From assembly GCA_036514715.1 (NCBI GenBank), contig DATBWR010000006.1:1-50868 (forward strand): DNA of 50,868 bases. The letters are read 5' to 3'. A program made the position numbers and the translations under genes. This DNA is from Candidatus Nanoarchaeia archaeon (GTDB taxonomy: Bacteria > Patescibacteriota > Microgenomatia > Woykebacterales > RBG-16-39-9b). This document shows positions 9,135-18,195 of this stretch, one piece after another. The notes beneath the pieces were generated by a model that saw nothing but the letters and a program-made list of their open reading frames with translations, was not told the origin of the DNA and did no database searches. The stretch's first letter is position 1. Every line of letters begins with the position of its first letter.

Positions 9135-9962
9135 ATGGCTTTTAACCCAAATACGATTTGGCTTTCGCACTCTTCACTCAATGATTTTGAGAAGTGCCAC
9201 AAGCTTTACTATTTACGCAACCTCTACCGCGATAAACTTAAGGGTAACCGTTTCCGCATCCAAATTGCCAACCCTTATTTTTCGTTGGGGGAGGCGGTTC
9301 ACGATGCAATTGACCGGTTTGTAACTCGTTATCCGACTAGTGAGCGGGATAAAGACAAACTTTTTTATGAGTTTAAAAGAAGTTGGCAATTACGAGCTGG
9401 CAGGCGAGGCGGTTTTAAAGACAGCGCCCAAGAAGAATATTTTAAACAACGTGGGGAGGCTATGTTGGAAAGGTTTTACAAAAATTCAAGTTTTAGCAAA
9501 GGCCAAACTCTTAAAGTTGATTTCCCAAAATTGCCTTTAGTTGGTGAAGACGAAGTTGTTTTGGTGGGCAATTTTGATTGGCTGGAAAAAACATCTTCTG
9601 GTCTGCACATTCTGGATTTTAAAACTGGGACAAGTGAAGAGGAAGGTTCCCTACAGCTTCCAATTTACGCCCTTTTAGCTACCCATGTTTTAAAACTTCC
9701 AGTGGAAAAAGTAAGTTACTGGTATTTGGATCGGGATGATAAACCTAAAGAAGTGCCTCTGGGTGATTTAGACAGTGTTTTAGCTCAACTTAAGCAAAAG
9801 GCACAGGAAGTAGCTACGGTTATTGCCAAGCAAGATTTTACTGACAAGGCCCGGCCTTGTACAACTGATTGTGAAGCTTATCAAGCCGTGGTTGACGGTA
9901 AAGGTGAGTATCTTTTTACCGACTTCAACCGCAAACGCGAGGTTTTCTACCCAAATGTCTGA
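9135..9962 (+). CDS. PD-(D/E)XK nuclease superfamily protein (RecB-like)
   Basis: LSHSSLNDFEKC, GEAVHDA, GNFDWL...ILDFKTG and QLPIYAL motifs. Confidence 0.85.
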   Translation: MAFNPNTIWLSHSSLNDFEKCHKLYYLRNLYRDKLKGNRFRIQIANPYFSLGEAVHDAIDRFVTRYPTSERDKDKLFYEFKRSWQLRAGRRGGFKDSAQEEYFKQRGEAMLERFYKNSSFSKGQTLKVDFPKLPLVGEDEVVLVGNFDWLEKTSSGLHILDFKTGTSEEEGSLQLPIYALLATHVLKLPVEKVSYWYLDRDDKPKEVPLGDLDSVLAQLKQKAQEVATVIAKQDFTDKARPCTTDCEAYQAVVDGKGEYLFTDFNRKREVFYPNV

Positions 9963-10251
9963 TTATATTGTTGGATCTCGGCGGCCCAAGCCGGGTGACA
10001 GAGTGATTATTATTCAAAAGAAAAACTACGGTACTGAAAAATTTGACGAGGGAATAGTTACCAATGTCCTAACTTCTAAAGAGTTTCATCCGCGGGGACA
10101 TAAGGTACGTTTAACCAACGGAATCGTTGGGCGAGTTCAGAACTTTGCTGATCAAAAGGGTACAACTGCCCGACAACCCAAATACGAGAAAGAGGCCCAA
10201 ACAAACGACGAGCAGCCAAAGTACTTTCCAAGTGAAGATGATTTAGCCTGA
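9955..10251 (+). CDS. YwbE/DUF2196 family protein
   Basis: EGIVTNVLTSKEFHPRGHKVRLTNGIVGRV. Start reassigned to ATG 9955, overlapping the upstream stop. Confidence 0.85.
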   Translation: MSDYIVGSRRPKPGDRVIIIQKKNYGTEKFDEGIVTNVLTSKEFHPRGHKVRLTNGIVGRVQNFADQKGTTARQPKYEKEAQTNDEQPKYFPSEDDLA

Positions 10252-10261
10252 AAACCTACGT

Positions 10262-10330
10262 TTTGCACAAAGTGCAAAAGGCAAGCTTCTGAGAGAAATT
10301 TGCTAAACTAACTGAAAGCAAATTTCGAAC
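10262..10330. terminator. Two hairpins between convergent ywbE and hup
   Basis: TTTTGCAC/GTGCAAAA and GAAATTTGCT/AGCAAATTTC inverted repeats. Confidence 0.55.
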
Positions 10331-10336
10331 AGGTGC

Positions 10337-10612
10337 TTACTTGCGCACACTTTTCTTAATACTTTTGGCAGCAATAAACCCAATCGTGTTCATCTGCGGT
10401 AGCTGCAGAGATTGGCCAGTTTTTGGGTTTCGTCCAGTCCGCGCCTTTCTTCCTCGGATAACAAAGGTGCCGAAGCCGGAGATGACCACTTTCTCACCCT
10501 TTTTTAAGGAATCTTCAATAAAATCAAAGGTGGCATCAACCGACTCTTTAGCCGCTTTTCTAGTTAAACGAACCTCTTTGGCAACTTTTTCGATAATATC
10601 TACTTTTAACAT
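10337..10612 (-). CDS. hup: HU family DNA-binding protein
   Basis: GFGTF...RKARTGRNPKTG motif. Confidence 0.95.
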   Translation of the reverse strand: MLKVDIIEKVAKEVRLTRKAAKESVDATFDFIEDSLKKGEKVVISGFGTFVIRGRKARTGRNPKTGQSLQLPQMNTIGFIAAKSIKKSVRK

Positions 10613-10690
10613 TTTTCACCTCCCTTCGACTTGTTCAACAAGCCTTACTTTAACTCTACAGTAAATATCTTGTTAAATCAAGACAAATAA

Positions 10691-10714
10691 ATATATGAAT
10701 GTTTATTCATATAT
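10691..10714. repeat. 24-bp palindrome ATATATGAAT-GTTT-ATTCATATAT (copy 1 of 4)
   Basis: Perfect 10-4-10 inverted repeat, recurring at 19666, 46287 and 50292. Confidence 0.85.
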
Positions 10715-10728
10715 CGTGCTTGGGCGCG

Positions 10729-11520
10729 TTATTCAGGTATTAATTCATCGATCCTCTTGATCGCCTTAGCTTTCATCTTGCTTTCAGTTTCGATCAAAAC
10801 CGAGCGAAAAAGGGTTGGACCCTCCTCCACCCATTCAAATTTGACCGGCTCTGTGTCTTTCTGTTTTTTAATAATAATCTGGGGCTCTACCCCTAAAACT
10901 GAATGTAGTGCTCCGCTCATACCGATATCGGTCACAAAGGCAGTTCCACCCGGCATAATCCAAGGGTCAGCACTCGGAACATGGGTATGAGTTCCCAAAA
11001 CTGCCGTTACCCGACCGTCCAAAAACCACCCCATAGCAGCCTTTTCACTGGTTGCCTCGGCATGAAAATCGACAATTACAAAATCGGGTTTTTCCTTTTT
11101 CACCTGATCCAAAAGTATTGTATCAACAGTACGGTAAGGCTCCTCAGTTGGGCCTTCCATCCATTGCCTACCAATAATATTAATAACCAAAACTTTTTTT
11201 GTGCCGATCTTAACAATCGTAAAGCCAAACCCCGGGCTATCAGAGGGGTAGTTGGCCGGGCGGATCACGGTTGGATCGCTATCCAGAGTTTGGTTGAATT
11301 CAGGTTTAAACCAAATGTGGTTGCCACTAGTAAAAATATCCACTCCGTACTCCCGCAGTTCATCAACTCGCTCGGCTGTTGCCCCTTTACCATGAGAAAG
11401 ATTTTCGATATTGGCAATCACCAAATCGATTTTTTCTTTTTTACGCAAGTTAGGAAGCACTTCGGCTACTGCCTTACGGCCAAGTTTTGCAACTACATCA
11501 CCAATTATTAAAATCTTCAT
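10729..11520 (-). CDS. ymdB: YmdB/TIGR00282 metallophosphoesterase
   Basis: GDVV, NIENL, SGNHIW, DFHAEATSEK and GTHTHV motifs. Confidence 0.95.
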   Translation of the reverse strand: MKILIIGDVVAKLGRKAVAEVLPNLRKKEKIDLVIANIENLSHGKGATAERVDELREYGVDIFTSGNHIWFKPEFNQTLDSDPTVIRPANYPSDSPGFGFTIVKIGTKKVLVINIIGRQWMEGPTEEPYRTVDTILLDQVKKEKPDFVIVDFHAEATSEKAAMGWFLDGRVTAVLGTHTHVPSADPWIMPGGTAFVTDIGMSGALHSVLGVEPQIIIKKQKDTEPVKFEWVEEGPTLFRSVLIETESKMKAKAIKRIDELIPE

Positions 11521-11521
11521 C

Positions 11522-11587
11522 GATTTAGGATTTATGATCTAGGGTTTAAGATATCTAAAATCTGACATCTTAGATCTTCGATCTAAT
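11522..11587. repeat. Inverted heptamer tandem array filling the rny-ymdB spacer
   Basis: GATTTAG GATTTAT GATCTAG GGTTTAA GAT, then ATCTAAA ATCTGAC ATCTTAG ATCTTCG ATCTAAT. Confidence 0.7.
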
Positions 11588-13070
11588 GTGCTACTGACTC
11601 GGCTCTAGTTTCACGAATAACCGTTACTTTCACCTGTCCCGGATAGGTAATCGAGTCATGAATTTTCTCCGAAATATCGTGGGCCAGCACAGTAAGGGTA
11701 TCGTCATCAACCTGTTCCGGGTAAACTATTACCCGCACCTCACGTCCAGCAGCAATCGCGAAAGATTTATCAACACCTTTGAAGGAGCTGGCAACATTTT
11801 CGATTTCCGTCACGCGCTTGATGTAGTCTTCGACTGCTTCATGACGTGCACCAGGACGGCTGCCGGAAATAGCATCAGCAATCCAGACAATTACCGATTC
11901 CGGAGCGGAAAAGGGTTTATCCTCGTGGTGTTCGGCAACCGCGTTAATGACTTTCTGGTCGATATTGAATTTCTTAAGGTAGTCAACACCAAGTTGGACA
12001 TGGGTTCCTTCCTGCTCGCTGGTAAAAACTTTACCAATATCGTGGAAGAGACACCCAAGACGCACCATGTTAACATCAGCACCGATCATCCGGGCAATTG
12101 CCATACCAATTTTAGTTTCTTCTTCGGTGTGCTGGAGAAGGTTCTGACCATAAGAGAAACGCCATTTAAATCTCCCTAAGGTTTCAACAATTTCGTTGGG
12201 TAAGTTGTGCACCCCCACTGCAGCACAGAGTTTTTCTCCTTCGGCCCGTCGGATTTTCTCAAAGTCGGATCTCACTTGCTCGACAATTTCCTCAATTCGG
12301 GCCGGGTGAATTCGTCCATCCACCATCAGCTTTTCGAGGGCAACTTTAGCAACTTCTCTTCGTTCCCCGTCAAAAGAAGAAAGTCGAATTGTTCCCGGAG
12401 AGTCATCCAGATCTACATCAACTCCAGTAGAGAGTTCAAAAGCGCGGATATTTCTACCCTCACGACCGATAATCCTACCCTTCATATCTTCGTCCTCAAA
12501 GCGAACGATTGAGGTGGTGTATTCAGCAACGTAATCAGTCGCACCGTTTTTCATGGCATCAATCAAAATCGCTTTGGCTTTTTCATCCGCCTCTTTTTTA
12601 ACCGCCTCTTCCGCCTCCCTGATCCGCCGGGAAACTTCACTTTTAAGCTTGGTTTCCGTTGCTTCTAAAATAAGTTTTTTGGCTTCTTCCCTGGTTATTC
12701 CAGCGACTTTTTCCAGTTTGCCGGCTAACTCACCTTTTCCTTTTTCAATCTCTTCTTCCCTTAATTTGAAAGAGTTTTCCCTAGATTCAAGCTCGCTAAT
12801 TTTTTTATCAAGAGTCTCTTCTTTAGCAACCACCCTTGCCTCAAGCTGTAGAACCTCAGAACGTACCTTGCGGGTTTCCTCTTCGGCCTCACGCTTAATC
12901 TTAAACGCCTCATTTTTGGCATCAAGAATAATTTCCCGGGCATCGGTTGGTTCTTTGTCTTCTTTATCTTTTTTGGTTTGGGGAAGTCGGCCTTTAATTA
13001 CGTTCTGGTACGCGTAAGCTCCTGCCCCTCCGACTAAAAGGGCTACAATGGCTATTAAAACTGGGTCCAT
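11583..13070 (-). CDS. rny: Ribonuclease Y
   Basis: N-terminal TM and coiled coil, KH domain (KGRIIGREGRNIR), HD domain (LFHDIGK, HHE, DAISGSRPGAR). Confidence 0.97.
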   Translation of the reverse strand: MDPVLIAIVALLVGGAGAYAYQNVIKGRLPQTKKDKEDKEPTDAREIILDAKNEAFKIKREAEEETRKVRSEVLQLEARVVAKEETLDKKISELESRENSFKLREEEIEKGKGELAGKLEKVAGITREEAKKLILEATETKLKSEVSRRIREAEEAVKKEADEKAKAILIDAMKNGATDYVAEYTTSIVRFEDEDMKGRIIGREGRNIRAFELSTGVDVDLDDSPGTIRLSSFDGERREVAKVALEKLMVDGRIHPARIEEIVEQVRSDFEKIRRAEGEKLCAAVGVHNLPNEIVETLGRFKWRFSYGQNLLQHTEEETKIGMAIARMIGADVNMVRLGCLFHDIGKVFTSEQEGTHVQLGVDYLKKFNIDQKVINAVAEHHEDKPFSAPESVIVWIADAISGSRPGARHEAVEDYIKRVTEIENVASSFKGVDKSFAIAAGREVRVIVYPEQVDDDTLTVLAHDISEKIHDSITYPGQVKVTVIRETRAESVAH

Positions 13071-13218
13071 AAATTATTTTCACCTTTGACCTTTCTTGAG
13101 TAAATCACCAAATAGATTATAAGTTGCAGTCCGGGCAGGGGATAAATTAACAGGCAGGGCTTAGTCAATTAAAGAATTTACTTGTACTATCAGTCTAATT
13201 AACTAATCTACTTTTAAA

Positions 13219-13884
13219 CTATTCTAACTCTTTACGGGACAAACTGTCAACGACTTTTTTGATAATTTCCCAGTCAAAACCTTTTGAAGCTAGATACCGG
13301 CTCATTTTTAATCTAAATTCTTTTGCGTTAAGGTTCTTGTAAGCGGAAAGTTTCTTTTGGGCTGCTTGCTTAGCGGTTTCGAGGGGGTCGGCAGTGTTTT
13401 CTTTCAGAACTTCGTCGATAATGTCTTTCTCAACACCTTTTTGGAAAAGTTCGCTTTTGATAATACGGGGAGAGGCTTTTCTAAATTTTGTCCTTTGTTC
13501 CACCCACCAAGTTGTAAATTCCCTGTCGTTTATTTGCCCGATCTTTTCCAAGCGTTTCAAAACACTTTCCACTGATTTTTCAAAGGATTTTTTCTCCTCC
13601 TCTCCTTTGTCGCTTAACCGCAGTTTCTGGAGAAGGTAGTTGCTAATTTCTCTTTGGGAACGTGGTCGGTAGGAGAGAAACTTGATAGCTTTTTCGAACA
13701 AACGGTCAGTTTGATCGGCAAAAATGAGTTCCTCAACTTTTTTTTGAGAAACTTGTTCACCAATTTTTAACTTATTGAGAATTTTAATTTCAAGAGAGAC
13801 TGCAAAAGCAAACTGCCCGTCAAGGTAAACATTAACCCGTCTTGGGTCTTTTTTACCGGGTTGGATATCAGTAATTAGCGGCAT
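13219..13884 (-). CDS. recX: RecX regulatory protein
   Basis: LSYRPRS..E, INDREF, ELFQKGV and YLASKGF motifs; directly downstream of recA. Confidence 0.92.
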   Translation of the reverse strand: MPLITDIQPGKKDPRRVNVYLDGQFAFAVSLEIKILNKLKIGEQVSQKKVEELIFADQTDRLFEKAIKFLSYRPRSQREISNYLLQKLRLSDKGEEEKKSFEKSVESVLKRLEKIGQINDREFTTWWVEQRTKFRKASPRIIKSELFQKGVEKDIIDEVLKENTADPLETAKQAAQKKLSAYKNLNAKEFRLKMSRYLASKGFDWEIIKKVVDSLSRKELE

Positions 13885-13889
13885 TAAAC

Positions 13890-14930
13890 TTACTCTTCGG
13901 CTTCTTCGTCTTCGGCTTCTTTCATTTCCATCACCGCTTTACCGTTAGCAAAGGCCTCTTTTACCTTTTTTTCGACTTCGGCAAACACTTTCGGGTTTTC
14001 TTGTAGGTAACTTTTGGCAGCTTCCCGACCTTGGGCAATCTTTTGTTTTTCGTATTCAAACCAAGCGCCTGATTTGGCAATGACCCCGGTTTCCACTGCA
14101 GCATCAAGTAGAGAACCTTCGGCACTAATTCCCCTGTCGAACATAATGTCAAATTCTACAGTACGGAAAGGCGGGGCAACTTTATTTTTAACAACTTTAA
14201 CTTTAACTCGGTTGCCTACTACTCGGTCACCTTCGGTAATATTTTCTGTTCGGCGCACATCCAGCCGTACTGATGAGTAAAATTTGAGAGCCCGCCCGCC
14301 CGGAGTAACTTCCGGATTACCAAACATTATTCCAACTTTTTCACGCAATTGATTGATAAAAATCACCAAGGTATTAGATTTAGAAATAGCACTAGCTAGT
14401 TTTCGCATCGCTTGGCTCATAAGACGAGCTTGTAAACCAATGAAGGAATCTCCCATTTCCCCTTCCACTTCGGCTCTTGGTACAAGAGCAGCCACGCTAT
14501 CAACAACTACCACATCGACTGCTCCACTTCTTACTAAGGTCTCAACAATTTCCAAAGCCTGCTCACCGGTGTCCGGTTGGGAAATTAACAGTTCCTTAAT
14601 ATCAACTCCAATTGAGGCTGCCCGCTGTGGATCCAGAGCGTGCTCAGCATCCACAAAAGCAGCTACCCCACCTTTTTTCTGACCCTCCTTTACAACATGC
14701 AAGGCAAGGGTTGTTTTACCGCCACCTTCTGGGCCAAAAATTTCAACAACTCGCCCACGCGGCAAACCACCAACTCCAAGAGCTAGATCCAAACCCATTA
14801 CACCAGTGGAAATTACCTCGACATTCATTTTGTCGCCGGTTTCCCCTAACTTCATAATCGCGCCCTTACCAAATTGTTTTTCAATTTGACCCATGGCGGC
14901 TTTTATAGCTTCTAGTTTGTTACTATCCAT
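13890..14930 (-). CDS. recA: Recombinase RecA
   Basis: [28 protein letters not shown] and GGRALKFY motifs; no intein. Confidence 0.99.
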   Translation of the reverse strand: MDSNKLEAIKAAMGQIEKQFGKGAIMKLGETGDKMNVEVISTGVMGLDLALGVGGLPRGRVVEIFGPEGGGKTTLALHVVKEGQKKGGVAAFVDAEHALDPQRAASIGVDIKELLISQPDTGEQALEIVETLVRSGAVDVVVVDSVAALVPRAEVEGEMGDSFIGLQARLMSQAMRKLASAISKSNTLVIFINQLREKVGIMFGNPEVTPGGRALKFYSSVRLDVRRTENITEGDRVVGNRVKVKVVKNKVAPPFRTVEFDIMFDRGISAEGSLLDAAVETGVIAKSGAWFEYEKQKIAQGREAAKSYLQENPKVFAEVEKKVKEAFANGKAVMEMKEAEDEEAEE

Positions 14931-15071
14931 TAAAAATTTCCCTTTCGGGCAAGTGTATTTTGTCGGACATTAATGACACCATAGCACAAAGAAAAAGGTC
15001 AGACAACGGCCTCTTTTTGGGTCAAACTACTACTACTTTTGGTGTATAAAACTCTTCGCAAAAGCTCGACT

Positions 15072-15095
15072 CTTGTATCTCTGACGCGATATAAT
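15072..15095 (+). promoter_or_regulatory. Hairpin-embedded -10 element upstream of tRNA-Pro
   Basis: CTTGTA-TCTCTGACGCGA-TATAAT, 9 nt before the tRNA. Confidence 0.7.
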
Positions 15096-15104
15096 TAGCG
15101 AATT

Positions 15105-15178
15105 CGGGGAGTAGTATAGTGGTAATACACCGCGCTGGGGGTGCGGTATCGGGAGTTCAATCCTCCCCTCCCCGACCA
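15105..15178 (+). tRNA. tRNA-Pro(GGG)
   Basis: Acceptor CGGGGAG/CTCCCCG, anticodon loop CT-GGG-GG, T-loop GTTCAAT, encoded CCA. Confidence 0.95.
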
Positions 15179-15179
15179 T

Positions 15180-15240
15180 GTAGGTTCGAAGCCGTCTTCG
15201 GCGCAGAGCGCGAAGCGATCTATTCCTATCACCCCGACCA
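15180..15240 (+). pseudogene. tRNA 3'-end fragment (T-arm plus acceptor) interrupted by a ~32-nt hairpin element
   Basis: GTAGG-TTCGA...ATT-CCTAT-CACCCCGACCA, with AGCCGTCTTCGGCGCAGAGCGCGAAGCGATCT in the T-loop. Confidence 0.65.
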
Positions 15241-15242
15241 GT

Positions 15243-15539
15243 TTAGTTTTTCCTGTATAACCAAATTTGATAAAGGATTATTCCAGTTGTGATAACTCCA
15301 ATTCCTTGTCCAATTACTAAAACGGAATCTTTTTGCAAAAGTCCGTGAAGTGTCCAAAGAACATAAGCTATAAAAGAAAGGACCATAAAAGTTGTAGATA
15401 ATCCTTTCGTTGACTTTCTTTGAAGGTTATTTCTTATTTGAGCGGGAAAACCAATAACTTTTACCACAACCCCAAAGATTATAGTTAAGATGCCAACAAT
15501 TGCTGCAATATCAAATCCTGAAAGGTTCATAGCTGCCAA
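15243..15539 (-). CDS. SemiSWEET / PQ-loop family transporter
   Basis: GFPAQI...KSTKGLS...LWTLHG; three TM helices. Confidence 0.85.
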   Translation of the reverse strand: MAAMNLSGFDIAAIVGILTIIFGVVVKVIGFPAQIRNNLQRKSTKGLSTTFMVLSFIAYVLWTLHGLLQKDSVLVIGQGIGVITTGIILYQIWLYRKN

Positions 15540-15577
15540 TTTAGAACGTAGTGATAAAATATCATCCGTAGGAAGTT

Positions 15578-15601
15578 ATTTTAGCACTTTGGTGTTAGAA
15601 T
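15578..15601. promoter_or_regulatory. Back-to-back extended -10 promoter
   Basis: ATTTTAGCA-CTTTGG-TGTTAGAAT gives TGtTAGAAT on + (7 nt before ATG 15609) and TGcTAAAAT on -. Confidence 0.6.
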
Positions 15602-15608
15602 TCGAACT

Positions 15609-16019
15609 ATGAGTAAGGAAAATAAACTAGTAGTTGAGATTAATAAGTCTCCAAAAGAGGTTTTTGAATTTTCTCTTAATCCTGCCAATACTCCTAAGTG
15701 GTTAGATTTTATAGTTAAAGAAGAAACCAACGAATGGCCAGTAAAAATAGGGACTATTTACAGAAACCAAAACAAAGAAGGAGTTTGGACGAAGTATGTT
15801 GTTACAGAATTTAAAGAAAATGAAATGTTCGTCCTAACCCCAAAAGATGGAAACTATCAAGTTAAATACACTCTAAAACCACTTGGGAAAAATAAAACTG
15901 AGTTGGAATACTACGAATGGGTCGATGAAGGTGAGCTTGAAGAACCTTTTACCATAGAGGTATTGAATAAGTTAAGGTCAGTTATGCAAGGAGAAAGCGA
16001 TTTAGGTTCTCAGGGCTGA
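15609..16019 (+). CDS. SRPBCC/START-like family protein
   Basis: [14 protein letters not shown]...NTPKW pattern typical of polyketide-cyclase-like folds. Confidence 0.7.
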   Translation: MSKENKLVVEINKSPKEVFEFSLNPANTPKWLDFIVKEETNEWPVKIGTIYRNQNKEGVWTKYVVTEFKENEMFVLTPKDGNYQVKYTLKPLGKNKTELEYYEWVDEGELEEPFTIEVLNKLRSVMQGESDLGSQG

Positions 16020-16149
16020 AATTGAAACTATTCATTTGAGGCCAGAGGTTCCGTGGCTTGCCCTGCGAAGCTTTAGCGAAGAAGGGTCCAGCCAGGCTAA
16101 CCAAGATTTATTGACAATTACTTTAATATCGATTAAGTTGATCAAACAT

Positions 16150-16572
16150 ATGTCAACAGATAACAAGAAAGTCAAGGGATTCACGGACGAGGAACGAGAC
16201 GCGATGAAGGAGCGTATCCTAGAGCTGAGGGCGGACAAGGCGGACGAGGAAAGCGCCGTGCTCGCAAAGATCGAGGCGATGCCGGAACCGGATCGCACCA
16301 TGGGTAAGCGGCTCCATGCTATCATCAAAGCCAACGCGCCAGAACTCTCACCAAAAACCTGGTACGGGATGCCCGCGTACGCCAAGGACGGCAAGGTCGT
16401 CTGCTTCTTCCAAAGCGCACATAAGTTCAAATATAGGTACGCGTCGTTTGGCTTCAACGACACGGCGAACCTCGACGAAGGCGCCATGTGGCCGGTCGCC
16501 TTCGCGCTGAAGGAATTGACAGACAGCGAAGAGGCAAAGATCGGCGCGCTCGTAAAGAAAGCGGTGAGCTGA
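16150..16572 (+). CDS. DUF1801 (YdhG-like) protein
   Basis: [23 protein letters not shown]...RYASFGF. Start set at ATG 16150; visibly GC-richer than its neighbours. Confidence 0.88.
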   Translation: MSTDNKKVKGFTDEERDAMKERILELRADKADEESAVLAKIEAMPEPDRTMGKRLHAIIKANAPELSPKTWYGMPAYAKDGKVVCFFQSAHKFKYRYASFGFNDTANLDEGAMWPVAFALKELTDSEEAKIGALVKKAVS

Positions 16573-16589
16573 GACCAGAAGCTCCGTAT

Positions 16590-16618
16590 TCCGCCATTCG
16601 CCAACTGGCGAAGGCGGA
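16590..16618. terminator. Long hairpin between convergent genes
   Basis: TCCGCC-a-TTCGCCA-ac-TGGCGAA-GGCGGA. Confidence 0.55.
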
Positions 16619-16629
16619 GTCCAACAAAG

Positions 16630-16818
16630 TCAAAGATCGAAACAACTTTGGCATTCCCAGTACTCTGCTTTCTGGATTCTATTATTACCTAACTTTCCAA
16701 AATAATGCCCGCCGGAATAGATTTTGTCTGAATGGATAATTACAGAAATTTCCTTGCCGCAAACAGCACAGACGCGATTAATTATTTTAGTTATATTAGT
16801 TTCGGTGGTTATATCCAT
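16630..16818 (-). CDS. Small hypothetical protein with two CxxC motifs
   Basis: MDITTETN...CAVC...WECQSCFDL from ATG 16818; the track extends it to 16977. Confidence 0.6.
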   Translation of the reverse strand: MDITTETNITKIINRVCAVCGKEISVIIHSDKIYSGGHYFGKLGNNRIQKAEYWECQSCFDL

Positions 16819-16885
16819 AGCTGAAATTCTAGCACCAAGAAAAAGAAAAGGACACTCCTTAGGAATGCCCTTTTGTCGACCGTTG

Positions 16886-17098
16886 CTACCTCCTTTCCCT
16901 TTTGAAGTAAAACCAAAGTCCCTCAAGGTAAGTTCCACCGCTAATTTCATTTCCTTCCCCGTAGACTGAGCCTTCAATGTCGGAAATAACTGTTATTAAT
17001 TCCCAACCATTTGCAACCCAGCCTCCAAGAAAGCCTTTCTGCCTCTCTGTGCTGATACCGGATCTACCACTTTCAAGGTACACTATCTCGTATTCCAA
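16886..17098 (-). CDS. DUF4177-like small protein
   Basis: MEYEIV...GWVANGWELITV...YFKRE; GGAGG SD before the TTG start. Confidence 0.7.
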   Translation of the reverse strand: MEYEIVYLESGRSGISTERQKGFLGGWVANGWELITVISDIEGSVYGEGNEISGGTYLEGLWFYFKRERR

Positions 17099-17110
17099 CT
17101 TCTCCTCCAG

Positions 17111-17426
17111 TTAAACAGCTTTCGGGACGGGCAACTTCTTTAACATCTCGAGAAGGTCCTCCCATTTTTCCCGCTTGTCTCTACCGTACCAGTAGAAATA
17201 GTTCGGGGGCAGTTTGGTAAGAGTTACCTCAAGAAAACCCACCGACCAAACATAACCCACGTTGCCTAGAAAACTCTCTTCGGTGAAACGAAAGGTCTCG
17301 GCCTCCTCTTGAGAGTCTAAGGCTTGCCGAAGCGACTCGATGAAACGAAAGGGTTACCTCTCCGTCCTTCCAGTCAGCCTCAATTGTTCCCCAATCAGGA
17401 AAGCTCCCAATGTTTAGCTGAGTCAT
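17111..17426 (-). pseudogene. Probable frameshifted hypothetical gene (~105 codons)
   Basis: The ATG 17426 frame stops at 17229. A shifted frame is open 17353-17111 (...WEDLLEMLKKLPVPKAV*) and ends just before the next SD. The 316-nt span is 3n+1. A TTGCAT-17-TAAAAT promoter lies upstream. Confidence 0.5.
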
Positions 17427-17533
17427 AATGGCCTTTCTTCCTATTCAAGTGTTTGGTGAATTTTAACAGAAAGTAGCCTAAAATGCAACTATAGGATAAT
17501 TTCTAGGGGCTTGTTAAGATTGTTTATACTGAG

Positions 17534-17572
17534 ATAGATCGCTAAAGCGCTCTGCAAACTTTGTTTTTCGAA
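17534..17572. repeat. REP-like element ATAG-ATCGCT-AAA-GCGCT-CTGC plus hairpin
   Basis: Same core as the copies at 15203-15223 (opposite strand) and 25711-25731. Confidence 0.7.
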
Positions 17573-17599
17573 AGAGTTCATCTGAGGCCAGCCGTGTAC

Positions 17600-17788
17600 C
17601 TAAGCTAGGCGCATGGTACATGGCCAAAGGTCCCTGATATCGTCCAATAAAAAGCCGGCCAAGGTTTTTGAAGCTAAATTTCCCTTTAACCCTAAAATAT
17701 TATCGGACTTTAAGACAAAAAGAAAAGGCCCAAGAAGAATTTCTTCAAGGACCTTTATAAAGCTCGCTATTCTTTGTTGGCTACTCAA
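17600..17788 (-). CDS. Hypothetical protein
   Basis: 62-aa ORF whose TTG overlaps the upstream TGA by 4 nt. Confidence 0.35.
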   Translation of the reverse strand: MSSQQRIASFIKVLEEILLGPFLFVLKSDNILGLKGNLASKTLAGFLLDDIRDLWPCTMRLA

Positions 17789-18195
17789 CTCTTCGGTCTT
17801 ACAACCTCAAAGTCAACGAGAATCTCCTGACGTGCAGCAACCCTAGCAATTAGGGTGGAAAAGTCCTCCCAAGCCTTAACTACAGCGAAAACAAACTCCT
17901 TGGGAGCTACCGGATTTTCCCTAAACGCTAGGAAACTTTTACCTAGCAACACGGACAGCATAAATAGAGATCGTTGTTCCTGATCCTCGTTCTGCTCGTT
18001 AAGAACTTCCCATTCCTCCAGAACTTTTAGTCTGTCAACAGGAATAGTTGGATCCCCATCTATAACAGTCACATTCATTGTGGGAGGGGTATTTGAGTTC
18101 AACCAGAGGAATGTGGGTTGATGGTCGATAACGCTACCGGCAGTTAGCTGACCCCTTCGTTTACTAAGCCAGCGTTCAATTAGGCTCTCCTGCAC
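17785..18195 (-). CDS. Hypothetical protein
   Basis: 136-aa ORF with no recognised motif. Confidence 0.55.
   Translation of the reverse strand: MQESLIERWLSKRRGQLTAGSVIDHQPTFLWLNSNTPPTMNVTVIDGDPTIPVDRLKVLEEWEVLNEQNEDQEQRSLFMLSVLLGKSFLAFRENPVAPKEFVFAVVKAWEDFSTLIARVAARQEILVDFEVVRPKS

Noticed and set aside
13890-14930. Intein or intron in recA, and introns in tRNA or rnpB
   Set aside because: Lengths are normal and no insertion is visible.
15180-15240. A second functional tRNA
   Set aside because: It has no 5' acceptor strand, D-arm or anticodon arm; only a 3' fragment is present.
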